From contig CAZALK010000001.1 in NCBI GenBank assembly GCA_964486045.1, positions 192,001-256,000 of the forward strand: DNA of 64,000 bases, read 5' to 3'. How positions within the stretch are numbered: the stretch's first letter is position 1; every line of letters starts with the position of its first letter. Origin of the DNA: an uncultured archaeon (GTDB lineage Archaea > Asgardarchaeota > Lokiarchaeia > Sigyniarchaeales > SOKP01). Position numbers and translations under genes: made by a program. The notes below the pieces were generated by a model. It ran no database searches, was not told the DNA's origin, and was given only the letters and a program-made list of their open reading frames with translations. This document shows, piece by piece, positions 8,713 through 18,684 of this stretch.

Positions 8713-11307
8713 ATGAGAAAATATAGAATAATTTCAATCGTAATTAGCTTCATCCTCTTCTCTGGAGTGGTTTTAGGTTTAGTTACTTCAAATAAAAATT
8801 TTCAACCGCGTGTTACTTACACTCAGCAAATAGAGTACCTACAAACTTCAGCGGGAACCAATTTTCAGATCATTAATGATATATTTGACAATAAAGCGGG
8901 AAGTTACGACAATGACGGATTTTTCCCTCAACTGTATGAAACCTCCTTACAAGGGACCTACTATGGCCTTTCCATCTTAGATTCCATCTCAAAGCTTGAA
9001 GTTGCGAATAAATCTAAGATTATTGACTATATCATGAGCCATTACAATTCAACCTCAGGTGTGTTTACCGATGAATATTCCTCTCGATATTTGGGAACAG
9101 ATTTTTCCTATACCTATTACCCTCTATCCACACTTCTTGAAGTTAATGCTTATGCACTGCTCTCTTTATCGCTGCTAGGGAGTCTGAATTTAATTGATGG
9201 TAGTAAATCAATAAACTTTCTTTGGAGCTGCTATAATCCAGTATCAAGTGGATTTATAGGTCAACCATACGATCCTAATTTAAGAGACGAATTTAAAATC
9301 TCAACTATGGATAACACCTACTTCGCAATTATAACCTTAGATCTGTTGATGGCAAGCTGGTCAGGAAATATGAATCAGAAAAATGAGTTAATTGCCTATA
9401 TAAATTCTCTTCAAAATACCAATCCTATAGGATGGCAATATGGGGGATTTTATAATGATGATAATAGTAGTTTTAACTCGCTTGGCCTTCTCTTTGAGCC
9501 TAATATGTTATCGTCTTATTATTGCATAAAGAGTTTAGAAGTGTTTGGGATGGAAAGTAGCATTAATGTTGTCTCGTTTAACCAATTCTTAGATTCGCTG
9601 TATGATTCAGGTGTCCATTATTTCCGGATCTCGAAAGCTGACTTTTCAAATTTTACTAATGTAGTCGCTACTGCATTAGGGTTAGAACTATCACAAATAA
9701 CTAATTATCTGAATATAAATGAAACAGAGGTAAGCTCGTTTCTTTATATCAATAGAAACTCAGTCGGATTGTGGGATGGCTCAACGTCTATTCAAAAATA
9801 TGAATTAATCGACACTTTTCAAATACTCCGGTCAATGTTTAATGCGGGAAAAGTAGGAATGTTCAATAATGGTGATACCCAGCAAATGGTAAATAGTCTT
9901 TTCAGTCTATTTTCTGACAGTGAAGCCTTTTTTCTCATTCCAAAAGAGTATAATAGTTTGGATCTCACCCATACAATGGTACAATCATTTAATTTGTTTG
10001 ATAAGGTGTCGGATCTTGATCTTTTGTCATTATATTCAAGTATAACTGACTCCTACTATTATGACGATTATTTCCTATACGACGGGTTTATCTCCTATAT
10101 CAGTGAACAAGGTGATAATTTTCATATCGGATTCCGATCGTACCCTATAGAGTTTTATAGCGCGGGAAATGAAGATTATTTTAGCAGTATAGGAACTATT
10201 ATGTCGCATAAAGCAACCTATAAGGCTTTAGACTCGCTAAGAATGTTATTTAAATTAGATGATTTTGGATTGACCCATGATTTATCACGTCTACTCACGA
10301 ATATTGTTGATACTCAGTTTCTTAATCCCTCGTATCCCGATCAAGATGGAGCGTTTCTTTCTTTAATGGAATATAATCCATCCAGGGCAGAATTTCTAAG
10401 TAAAAGTATTCATCTGGAATATTCTTTTTATGCAATAAAGATTATGGAACTGCTTACAGAATACCTAGGTATTGGGGATATTACCTTCATAAACTTCGAT
10501 ATTGGTCAATTTTACGAGTATCTTTTGGGTCATACAGTAGAGACGCCAGAGATCCTTTACTTTCAGCCTAGTTATACAGGTAACGTCGATACTATTATAC
10601 GAAACACCTATTACATGGTTTACATCTTAAAAAGTCTTGATTTATACACTCTCAATAGTGAGAAGGTTGAGAAGTTTATTGAGCAAAATGTTGACTATAC
10701 CAGCATAGAAAACGTTTATTATTGCTACAAAATTATCGAATTACTAGATTCGGAGCTGGAATTAAGTGGTAATGACCTTCAAGGGCTAATCGAGGATCTT
10801 TATATCCCTTCTCTCTATGATTTCTATTCATCTCCTACTCATACGAAAATTAATCAGGAAATATTCTTTTGGATCTGTGATATGACAAAAAGTGACTTAC
10901 AAATCGTGGCTCAGTATGATGAAAACATAATATTAGGAAATTTTTTTTCCCTCTCAGCTTCCCTTTTTAACTTAGTTCTCTCAGATTTTGAATATAATCT
11001 TTCTTTTCGGTTTGAATGCCCTCAACTTGGAGCTCCCAACATAATGGATAAAGAAGAGGAGAACCAATTTACATTGAAAGTGCGTATTCCCCAACGCTCT
11101 ACTAATTATCCTAGTATTGAAGGAAAATTAGTGGCCTATGATGATACCCAGAAGTTAGTAGAAAAAACTATTTCAATTACGACCTTATACACTCAGAAAT
11201 ATTATCAAGATGATCTCAATGCCGCAGTAGTACTATCCGCACTTTTCTTAATAGTACCAGGGGGATTTGTTATAATTTCAACTAAGAAGACCAAAAAGTT
11301 ACGGTAA
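8713..11307 (+). CDS. Secreted, C-terminally anchored prenyltransferase/squalene-cyclase (alpha-alpha toroid) repeat protein
   Basis: Signal peptide MRKYRIISIVISFILF; repeats such as YNSTSGVF, YNPVSSGF, YGGF, STMDNTYFAI, TYYMVYIL; C-terminal TM plus basic tail KKTKKLR. Confidence 0.7.
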   Translation: MRKYRIISIVISFILFSGVVLGLVTSNKNFQPRVTYTQQIEYLQTSAGTNFQIINDIFDNKAGSYDNDGFFPQLYETSLQGTYYGLSILDSISKLEVANKSKIIDYIMSHYNSTSGVFTDEYSSRYLGTDFSYTYYPLSTLLEVNAYALLSLSLLGSLNLIDGSKSINFLWSCYNPVSSGFIGQPYDPNLRDEFKISTMDNTYFAIITLDLLMASWSGNMNQKNELIAYINSLQNTNPIGWQYGGFYNDDNSSFNSLGLLFEPNMLSSYYCIKSLEVFGMESSINVVSFNQFLDSLYDSGVHYFRISKADFSNFTNVVATALGLELSQITNYLNINETEVSSFLYINRNSVGLWDGSTSIQKYELIDTFQILRSMFNAGKVGMFNNGDTQQMVNSLFSLFSDSEAFFLIPKEYNSLDLTHTMVQSFNLFDKVSDLDLLSLYSSITDSYYYDDYFLYDGFISYISEQGDNFHIGFRSYPIEFYSAGNEDYFSSIGTIMSHKATYKALDSLRMLFKLDDFGLTHDLSRLLTNIVDTQFLNPSYPDQDGAFLSLMEYNPSRAEFLSKSIHLEYSFYAIKIMELLTEYLGIGDITFINFDIGQFYEYLLGHTVETPEILYFQPSYTGNVDTIIRNTYYMVYILKSLDLYTLNSEKVEKFIEQNVDYTSIENVYYCYKIIELLDSELELSGNDLQGLIEDLYIPSLYDFYSSPTHTKINQEIFFWICDMTKSDLQIVAQYDENIILGNFFSLSASLFNLVLSDFEYNLSFRFECPQLGAPNIMDKEEENQFTLKVRIPQRSTNYPSIEGKLVAYDDTQKLVEKTISITTLYTQKYYQDDLNAAVVLSALFLIVPGGFVIISTKKTKKLR

Positions 11308-11326
11308 CCCAACCTTAACCTCACAA

Positions 11327-11341
11327 TTTTTTCTTTATATT
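11327..11341 (+). promoter_or_regulatory. T-tract/TATA motif upstream of wHTH-hef operon
   Basis: TTTTTTCTTTATATT, 23 nt before ATG 11365 (may double as terminator of the upstream gene). Confidence 0.6.
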
Positions 11342-11364
11342 TATTTAGTTTTACTAAATCAGAA

Positions 11365-11976
11365 ATGGTTAATAGTGCTATTCAGGATAGTATAAAAATA
11401 AGTGATTTCAAAAATGGTAAGGTTGTGAGAATTCTTACTAGAGTAGTAAAGATGCTCGAAAAATTTGCTAATAATTATGAAAAACGCTTCAATTTTACTA
11501 AGTTGGCTCAATATTTAAAACTTGGTCCATTAGAAGTAGATAAGATAATTGGCTTAATTCTCTCCTTTCAAGAGCTGTTTACAAAAACCTTTAATACATA
11601 CCTTATTAGAAGAAAAATCATAGATAACCAATTATTTCTCATAACAGAGCGTAAAATCATTAATAATACTATTCCCAACAAAATTAATCTTTCGCTAAAT
11701 GATTTCAATCTTTTAAGCGATATTACTTATATGTTTAAATTTGTTAAGAGAGGGAAAGGATTTAATGTAAAAGCAAACGGTACTGAACTCCTAAGTAATA
11801 TAAAAGAGCTTTGGAATTATTATCCGTATTTTTTTGAGGAACATGAGACTGGTATTATGTATCCTTCGGAGTTTGGATTAAAACTTGGTGAATTAATCCT
11901 TTCATATAATAAAAGCGGTAAAAATATAGAGTCGATGCACTTAGATAAACACATAATAATGGTGGAAAAAAATTAG
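11365..11976 (+). CDS. Hypothetical protein, probable winged-helix domains
   Basis: FNFTKLAQYLKLGPLEV HTH-like segment and YPSEFGLKL wing-like segment. Confidence 0.6.
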   Translation: MVNSAIQDSIKISDFKNGKVVRILTRVVKMLEKFANNYEKRFNFTKLAQYLKLGPLEVDKIIGLILSFQELFTKTFNTYLIRRKIIDNQLFLITERKIINNTIPNKINLSLNDFNLLSDITYMFKFVKRGKGFNVKANGTELLSNIKELWNYYPYFFEEHETGIMYPSEFGLKLGELILSYNKSGKNIESMHLDKHIIMVEKN

Positions 11977-14137
11977 CGAGAGTGAGAATCACATTTTAAA
12001 ACCAAAATCAATTGAATTTCGACAATATCAAGAGCAAATTGCCGAGAATTGTGTCAATAAGAATTCACTTGTGGTTCTTCCTACGGGTTTGGGAAAAACT
12101 ATTATTGCAGTACTAACAGCTCGAAAAATATTAGATTTGTATCCGAAAAATAGTAAGATAATAGTTTTAGCTCCTACTAGACCACTTATTTTTCAGCATC
12201 ACGAAACATTCACTAAATTCCTTCCAATATCAAAAGAAGATTATGTGGTATTAACCGGAAAGGTTGTCCCAGAAGAAAGGATTAAAATGTTTAAAAAACA
12301 TCAAATATTATTTTATACACCTCAAACATTGCGTAATGACTTAGTAAATCGAAGATATACCTTGGAAAAAGCAGCTCTTATCATTTTTGATGAAGCTCAT
12401 CACGCCTCTGGAGATTATCCTTACACTATGATTGCCGATGAGTATATTGAGCAAAATCTTGATGGAACAATTTTAGCATTAACGGCCTCACCAGGATCTT
12501 CAAAAGATAAAATTACCCTTTTGTGTCAGAATTTACACATTCCTTTAGAAAACATCCATATTCGAACCAGAAAGGATGTAGATGTCAAAAGCTATCTTAA
12601 ACCGATGGATGTGTATAAGATTGGGGTTAATTTAACAGCTTTAATGAGCGAGATTTATTCAATAGTGCTTGTAGTTCTCGAAGAGCGATTAAAATATCTT
12701 GCCCAGCTTAACTTTTTGGATGTGAAGTCAGAACCCTTATATAACAAAGTTATCCGCAAAGATTTACTCAAGCTTAATAAAGAATTAGTAGGAATAGTAC
12801 AAAGTAGTGGCGATAAAACAGGAGTATATAGTGCGCTGTCTATAAATGCCCAAGCTTTAATCCTTTACCACATGTTAGAACTAATAGAGCAGCAAGGATT
12901 AGATATTTTACTCATATATTTAGAAAAGGTAAATACAGATGCCCGAAAGAAAAATAGCTCTAAGGCTGTCAAAATTCTCGCAAGTGATACTCGGATACGG
13001 AGGGTGTTAATTGAGCTGAAAAAAAATCAAGAATATTCTCCTGAGAAATTGATCCATCCAAAGTATCAAGTTTTAGTTCATGTGTTGCTAGAAGAATTAG
13101 CAAATAATCCTCATACACGGATCCTGGTATTTGTTAAATTACGCGATTCAGTTAAGAATATAGTTAAAAATCTTAAAGGAGTAGGTACTATTAAAGCGGT
13201 AAGATTTGTAGGACAGGCAACCAAAGCTGTTGATGATAAAGGACTTTCGCAGAAGAAACAAATAGAAATATTAGGTCAATTCAAAGAAGGAGTCCACAAT
13301 GTCTTAATCAGTACAAATGTCGGAGAAGAAGGCTTGGATATTGCGGAATGTGATTTAGTAGTATTTTATGATGTGGTCGCCTCCGAAATTCGATTGATTC
13401 AAAGAAAGGGTCGAACAGCCCGTCATCGAAAAGGTCGAGTGGTAATTCTTTATTGTAAAGGAACCCACGACGAGGTCTATCTAAGAATTGCACTCAGTAA
13501 ATTAAAAAAGATGAATATCAACCTTAAAAACCCACAACAACTAAAAGAGTCATATAATGAAGACTATTCTTTGGATAATTTTGAAAATTCTGTAGTTTCT
13601 GATAATAACGTTACCTATTCAGAAAAACCTAAAAAAATTAAGCCAAAAAAAAAACCACACCTACAAGCTAACCTAAAATCATTTCTTAATACCGAAGATT
13701 CTCATGTCGTAGAGAAAGACCAAAAAATCAAAGATGAGGGTTCTCAAGTTAAAATCAGTAAAGGTCTTCCCATGAAATTTGGTATCCGGAAAAAATTACA
13801 ACAAGATAAAGCTGATTTTACTATTATAGATTCCGAACTTCACATTGTAATCTTCAACAAAGTGTTAATCCAAGTATACAATCCGAAAATACTTGTAGAA
13901 AATGAGTCATTTATCTCAGAAGTACAAGATCTCGGTGAAATTTGTGAACTATTCATAGTCGTATTTGATTTTATTGACTTATTTGAAGAATATGCTGGAG
14001 AAAAATCATTTTTAAAGAAGAAAGTAAAGGAATTTAAAAATAGGGTTAGTTTTCAGATAATTCCCATCGAAAATGAAGAAGAATTATATTTTGTCATTAG
14101 GAGTATATTTGAAAGTATATCTAAAGAGGGCTCATAA
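11972..14137 (+). CDS. hef: Hef/FANCM-like SF2 helicase with degenerate ERCC4 domain
   Basis: Q-motif EFRQYQ (upstream of ORF-track start), LPTGLGKT, DEAHH, LTASPG, FVGQ, EEGLDI, QRKGRTAR. In-frame stop at 11957-59 and no ATG/GTG/TTG before the Q-motif, so the start is probably ATT 11972. Confidence 0.88.
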   Translation: MSESENHILKPKSIEFRQYQEQIAENCVNKNSLVVLPTGLGKTIIAVLTARKILDLYPKNSKIIVLAPTRPLIFQHHETFTKFLPISKEDYVVLTGKVVPEERIKMFKKHQILFYTPQTLRNDLVNRRYTLEKAALIIFDEAHHASGDYPYTMIADEYIEQNLDGTILALTASPGSSKDKITLLCQNLHIPLENIHIRTRKDVDVKSYLKPMDVYKIGVNLTALMSEIYSIVLVVLEERLKYLAQLNFLDVKSEPLYNKVIRKDLLKLNKELVGIVQSSGDKTGVYSALSINAQALILYHMLELIEQQGLDILLIYLEKVNTDARKKNSSKAVKILASDTRIRRVLIELKKNQEYSPEKLIHPKYQVLVHVLLEELANNPHTRILVFVKLRDSVKNIVKNLKGVGTIKAVRFVGQATKAVDDKGLSQKKQIEILGQFKEGVHNVLISTNVGEEGLDIAECDLVVFYDVVASEIRLIQRKGRTARHRKGRVVILYCKGTHDEVYLRIALSKLKKMNINLKNPQQLKESYNEDYSLDNFENSVVSDNNVTYSEKPKKIKPKKKPHLQANLKSFLNTEDSHVVEKDQKIKDEGSQVKISKGLPMKFGIRKKLQQDKADFTIIDSELHIVIFNKVLIQVYNPKILVENESFISEVQDLGEICELFIVVFDFIDLFEEYAGEKSFLKKKVKEFKNRVSFQIIPIENEEELYFVIRSIFESISKEGS

Positions 14138-14140
14138 GTA

Positions 14141-14659
14141 ATGGAACATGAAGGATGGGAAAAAGACCAGAATCCATATTTAATAGTTACTTGTTCGAAA
14201 TGTAAGCAGTATATGTATGTGAAGACTACACAAAAAACAAAAAAATGCTTAAGATGTGGACGTCAGCATAAGGTATCAGCAATAATAAGTTCAGGGGAAA
14301 TTGTGAAAGGAATGACAAAAGCCGTTGAAATAGTAAAAACTCGCCAAAATGAGCTAGCAATAAAAGAAATCGGAAATCCTCCTGAATTAAGGGCTACTGA
14401 TGATTTTATCGTAAGAAGTAGAATAAATAGTTCTTCTGAGGAATTTACCCCTTATGATGATAGTGATTTAGAGAGCAAGTTTAAGGAAATGATACATGAA
14501 ATTTCAATTTCATTTGGTGAATTTCCTTACTATATCCTCGAAATTATGGCAGAAAACTATACCATACCCCTCTCAGAACTAAGGATTTTAGTAAAGAATT
14601 CTCAAAAAGAAGGCTTCTTAATTCGTTTGAAGGATAATTTGTATAGAATAAAGCCCTAA
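14141..14659 (+). CDS. DUF1922-like zinc-ribbon protein with C-terminal winged helix
   Basis: YLIVTCSKCKQYMYVK..KKCLRCG; coupled to hef (3-nt gap). Confidence 0.65.
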   Translation: MEHEGWEKDQNPYLIVTCSKCKQYMYVKTTQKTKKCLRCGRQHKVSAIISSGEIVKGMTKAVEIVKTRQNELAIKEIGNPPELRATDDFIVRSRINSSSEEFTPYDDSDLESKFKEMIHEISISFGEFPYYILEIMAENYTIPLSELRILVKNSQKEGFLIRLKDNLYRIKP

Positions 14660-14672
14660 GGCTAATTTATAA

Positions 14673-14903
14673 CTAAGTCTTGTTTTTGGTATTTTTAATA
14701 CTATCGCTAAATTCATGCAAGAGGATGGTCTTATATAAAGGATCTCTTCTATTGAATGGAATTTTCTCGCTCCCGTCATAGATGTATTGCTTATCTTTAA
14801 GAAAGAATAATGAAAAAGGAATTACAGCGCGTTTTAGATCGAAATAGTCTTCTTCTTTATACTCAATCTTTACAAATTTTTTCTCGATTGACTTTGAGCT
14901 CAT
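14673..14903 (-). CDS. Small hypothetical protein
   Basis: MSSKSIEKK...RRDPLYKTILLHEFS; promoter motif TTTTTCTTTTAAATA at 14928-14942, 24 nt upstream. Confidence 0.6.
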   Translation of the reverse strand: MSSKSIEKKFVKIEYKEEDYFDLKRAVIPFSLFFLKDKQYIYDGSEKIPFNRRDPLYKTILLHEFSDSIKNTKNKT

Positions 14904-15038
14904 CTCAAATACTAAAAGAATCAAGAATATTTAAAAGAAAAAGAGACCAATTATAATCCTTACAAAAATGATGATGTGATTTTACAGCAAAATGGATTTG
15001 GAATTGAGTAAAAGAGTTAGTTTTATTAATCCTATAAT

Positions 15039-15103
15039 TTAGCTGTTGCTAAATTCATGTAAAAAGACGGACTTGTATAAAGGATCTCTTTCTTTGAACT
15101 CAT
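15039..15103 (-). pseudogene. Internally deleted tandem copy of the 14673-14903 gene
   Basis: ATG AGT TCA AAG (MSSK) joined out of frame to RDPLYKSVFLHEFSNS*; keeps its own promoter motif at 15125-15141. Confidence 0.7.
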
Positions 15104-15191
15104 AAAGTCATACCACATCAGAAATATTTAAAAGAAAAAAACAAGTATAATAAGTGAAATATTTAATCAATAGAACACTTCTCTGAAACAA

Positions 15192-15467
15192 TCATCTTTT
15201 TAATTTGTTAATCAGTTTTTTTAAATAAGATTTCATAAAATAGCGTTCACTTTCGGCATATTCTAATTTCTGTTTCTTGGTTAAGTTTATACAGTTCAGT
15301 AATATTGCATGTACTTTCTCTAGTGTAAGGAGATTTTCATCAGTCTCTTTCCTCTCATGATCCTTTATTTGAATGTCACTAACAGGACTTTCCCGTCCAC
15401 TACTTTTTGGATCCTTCACACTTGAATATTCGCTGGGTTGACTCTCCCCATCAGTATTACCTGTCAT
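15192..15467 (-). CDS. Small hypothetical protein
   Basis: 91-aa ORF 14 nt downstream of the Hel308-like gene; disordered N-terminus, helical C-terminus. Confidence 0.6.
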   Translation of the reverse strand: MTGNTDGESQPSEYSSVKDPKSSGRESPVSDIQIKDHERKETDENLLTLEKVHAILLNCINLTKKQKLEYAESERYFMKSYLKKLINKLKR

Positions 15468-15481
15468 GTCTCAATTAGCTA

Positions 15482-18022
15482 TTATTTGTTTTTCTTTTTA
15501 TCAGGTCCTTTAATAATTTTCTTACACAAATTTATCCCCAAGCCTGTTTTTTGGTTTAACATATAGGGATTTTCTTTCCTTACTTGAGAGGCAGTATGGT
15601 ATCCTGCTTTATACAATATTCTTGCTCGTACTCTAGCGACATCATTAAGCCGTAAGACCAAATCAAACAATTCCTCGCGAATGCCGTAATGAATCCGAAT
15701 TTTGAGAGTTTCTGCCATCTCTGCTACCTTAGTAAGCTTATCGTATAAATCTATTCCATGTGTACTTAAACTGCTGGCAATAATACCAATAAAATTAATT
15801 ATTCGCTCCAAATTGTCTCGTACTCCAAATAAATCACCAGCCATAATTTTATAATGATCTAATATTTGGTCAATAGGTTCCTCATCTGTCCACTCGAGGA
15901 TTGGTTCCACCATTTTATAGTCTCTTACTCTAAATTCAGATTTCAAGACTTCATAAGCTTCTTTAATGAGATCCTGGAACGTGGATATTTTGGCATTTTC
16001 TAGTTTATAACGGATCATAACCCCCGAAGACGGATAAAGGTAGAGCCTTATAATTAGCTTACCAAACTGGGAGCATTTAATCTTTCCATCACCAGTACTC
16101 ATAATAAGCCCCTTCTCGAACAGATAGTTAATGACATACTGGTTCTTAATACTTTGAGGGATAACATCTTCCATGCATTTTTGCACGTTAGAATCGGGAA
16201 AAGCGATAAGATACAGTAAAAATGCGGTAATATGGTCACAAAATTCAAATGCAAAATCAGTATCACCTGAAAAATTATCAGACACACCATTTTTAAACCC
16301 GCACGAGCATTGGATTCCCATATCAATATCGAACTGACAAGAATGTACTCCAAAACTAGTCTTAATATATCCCCCCAAAGTAGAGTTGGTACATTTAGTA
16401 AGTTTTATTTGATGGCGTTGAGATTTTAACTCATTTACTTTTTTCGGATTGGAATGCAATTTTAAAATGTTAACTGGAGTAATTTCTTTAATCATCAGTA
16501 ATTGTTCAATAGGAATCTTTTGCTCTTTCATATTATGGGAAATTGTGTACCAGAAATAGGTCTTCTCGAAAAATTCTTTAAGTTGTTCAATAGTTATCCT
16601 TTTACTCTCGAAAATTCTTAGTAACACCTGCTCTTTTAAGATATTAATTTTGTTTAACCGTGATTGTAAATTACTATATTTTGGGATCATCGCACTTCTC
16701 ATATGAGGGGATTTGAAATAATTATCCTCAACCCACATTTTCTCATCGATGTTTTTGACTAAAATTATCCCATATCCAACTGAATCTAAGCCTGGTCTTC
16801 CCGCCCTTCCTAAAATTTGGAAGACTTCATTAGGGGAAAAAGCTTTAAAATATGAAAACCCATCCCCATTTTCATGATATCCCTTAAAATTTTTAATATT
16901 GTAGCCTGACGTAGTAAACTTTTTGAAATCTCGTAATATTACCACTCTTGCAGGGGTGTTAATTCCCGCGGATAATGTCGTGGTGCAGCATATTATCTTG
17001 ATGATCCGCTTCTGAAAGTTTTCTTCAATTGTCTTTCTTTCTCGAGCCACCAGTCCTGCATGATGAAAGGCGATTCCCGAACTTAATATTTTAATTAGGT
17101 CTCGATTTCCGCCTTTGATAGAAGTTAATCGTTTCGATAAGGCCTTACAAACTTTCAGCTCTGCCTCTTCCATAAATTTAATAACAACATCTTTAAGATT
17201 TTGAGCGGTTTGTTGTGCTGTTTTTCGCTTATTTAGGAAGATTAGAATTTGTCCTTTATCTTTTAATATGGTTTTGACAATACGTTTGAGAGTAGAGTCT
17301 TTATTCTGGGAAACTTCAATTTTATAGTGTAGAGGTACCGGTCGTTGCTCAGATTTAATTAAAGTAGTCTGATTTCCAAGTGAAGAGAGCCACGAATTGA
17401 AAAACTCAGGGTTCGCGATGGTTGCACTTAAACCAATAATTTGAGGATTATGGAGGAATTCATTTAACCGAACAATAAGAGACTCAAGTCGCGGACCTCG
17501 ATCCGATTCTCCAATGATATGAATTTCATCAATAATTATGGTTGAGATCTCATAAACCCATTCTTTATCATAAAAATTGCGAATGATTGAGTCCATTTTT
17601 TCATAAGTAGTCACAATTATATCTGCTTTTTCCAGCTTCTTATCATCTACATCGTGATCACCTATGGAAAGCTCAACTTTAAGGTCATATCGGGCATAGC
17701 TTTTCTTAAAGTGGAAATATTTCTCGGTCGCTAATGCTTTGAAGGGTACTAGATAGATTGATTTACCGAACTTTTGGAAAATATTATGGATGGCACATAC
17801 TTCTCCTATGAGAGTCTTGCCACTACCAGAGGGAGCACATACTAAAAATGATTTGCGAAAGAATAGGCCTTTTTTAATTGCTTCTTTTTGAATTTCTCGA
17901 AGTTCAAAAATCCTATTTTCGAACAACACCCGTAAAATTCGTTTATCAGGAATAAACTTAGTAATTTCAGCATCCTCTAATGAATCTTCTGTGATTTTCC
18001 CAGTGAAATTTGTAAGACTCAT
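15482..18022 (-). CDS. Hel308/Hjm (Ski2-like) DNA helicase paralogue with inserted SWIM zinc finger
   Basis: LREIQ, APSGSGKT, TTYEK, DEIH, LSAT, FHHAGL, LGRAGRPG, C-terminal RVRAR HhH; CSC...CDH insert. Start reassigned to ATG 18022 because the promoter motif at 18049-18068 lies in the ORF-track extension. Confidence 0.88.
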   Translation of the reverse strand: MSLTNFTGKITEDSLEDAEITKFIPDKRILRVLFENRIFELREIQKEAIKKGLFFRKSFLVCAPSGSGKTLIGEVCAIHNIFQKFGKSIYLVPFKALATEKYFHFKKSYARYDLKVELSIGDHDVDDKKLEKADIIVTTYEKMDSIIRNFYDKEWVYEISTIIIDEIHIIGESDRGPRLESLIVRLNEFLHNPQIIGLSATIANPEFFNSWLSSLGNQTTLIKSEQRPVPLHYKIEVSQNKDSTLKRIVKTILKDKGQILIFLNKRKTAQQTAQNLKDVVIKFMEEAELKVCKALSKRLTSIKGGNRDLIKILSSGIAFHHAGLVARERKTIEENFQKRIIKIICCTTTLSAGINTPARVVILRDFKKFTTSGYNIKNFKGYHENGDGFSYFKAFSPNEVFQILGRAGRPGLDSVGYGIILVKNIDEKMWVEDNYFKSPHMRSAMIPKYSNLQSRLNKINILKEQVLLRIFESKRITIEQLKEFFEKTYFWYTISHNMKEQKIPIEQLLMIKEITPVNILKLHSNPKKVNELKSQRHQIKLTKCTNSTLGGYIKTSFGVHSCQFDIDMGIQCSCGFKNGVSDNFSGDTDFAFEFCDHITAFLLYLIAFPDSNVQKCMEDVIPQSIKNQYVINYLFEKGLIMSTGDGKIKCSQFGKLIIRLYLYPSSGVMIRYKLENAKISTFQDLIKEAYEVLKSEFRVRDYKMVEPILEWTDEEPIDQILDHYKIMAGDLFGVRDNLERIINFIGIIASSLSTHGIDLYDKLTKVAEMAETLKIRIHYGIREELFDLVLRLNDVARVRARILYKAGYHTASQVRKENPYMLNQKTGLGINLCKKIIKGPDKKKNK

Positions 18023-18048
18023 AGTACCAATACTATTTGGACTGGAAT

Positions 18049-18068
18049 AATTTAAAGGAAAAAAAAAA
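18049..18068 (-). promoter_or_regulatory. T-tract/TATA motif upstream of Hel308-like gene
   Basis: Sense T10-CC-TTTAAATT, 26 nt before ATG 18022. Confidence 0.6.
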
Positions 18069-18404
18069 GTTAAAACAAACTGATTATTGTTGGAAAGGTA
18101 TTTCACTAATTTATTTAGAAATATTCTCAAAAATAAGTAAAAATTTATGTCAAAGAATAATAAACATAATATAACACATAGGAAAAAAGCCCTATCTCCC
18201 TAAAAATTTAAACTCTTTCACTTTTTACTCGGGTAATACCTTAATTTAACCCAATTACACTAAAAATAACCAATATATTTTCTACCAGAATTTTAAAGCG
18301 TGTTTTTCATAATACCAAGGTTTATTAAATTTAATACCATCTCTTATATGCTTGAATAGAGATAATTCAAAGTTCCAAGTATAAAATTATAATTTGGTGA
18401 AAGT

Positions 18405-18551
18405 ATGTCTAATAGAAATTATGGTAATAGAGAGATGCATAAAGCCACTTGTGCCGACTGCGGAAACGAGTGCGAAGTTCCATTTAAGCCTACGGAAGGC
18501 AGACCTGTTTATTGTCGAGACTGTTTTAGAAAGCAGAGAGATAAAAGATAA
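18405..18551 (+). CDS. CxxC-x17-CxxC small zinc-finger protein (48 aa, not in ORF track)
   Basis: MSNRNYGNREMHKATCADCGNECEVPFKPTEGRPVYCRDCFRKQRDKR; SD GGTGA upstream. Confidence 0.9.
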   Translation: MSNRNYGNREMHKATCADCGNECEVPFKPTEGRPVYCRDCFRKQRDKR

Positions 18552-18684
18552 TTAATTCTCTTTTTTCTAAGTTTTGGTTACAACCAGAACCTTATTTTCT
18601 ACTTTATCGAGTAATGATTCTTTTTTTTTATTTTTTTTTTAACCTCAGGTCTAATATAGTAAGTTGATGAAATTTTAATTTATA

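Noticed and set aside
18023-18130. ORF-track N-terminal extension of the Hel308-like gene (likewise 8638-8712, 14904-14924, 33340-33378, 50111-50125)
   Set aside because: Extensions run through promoter motifs or low-complexity A/T tracts; downstream ATGs fit family N-termini better.
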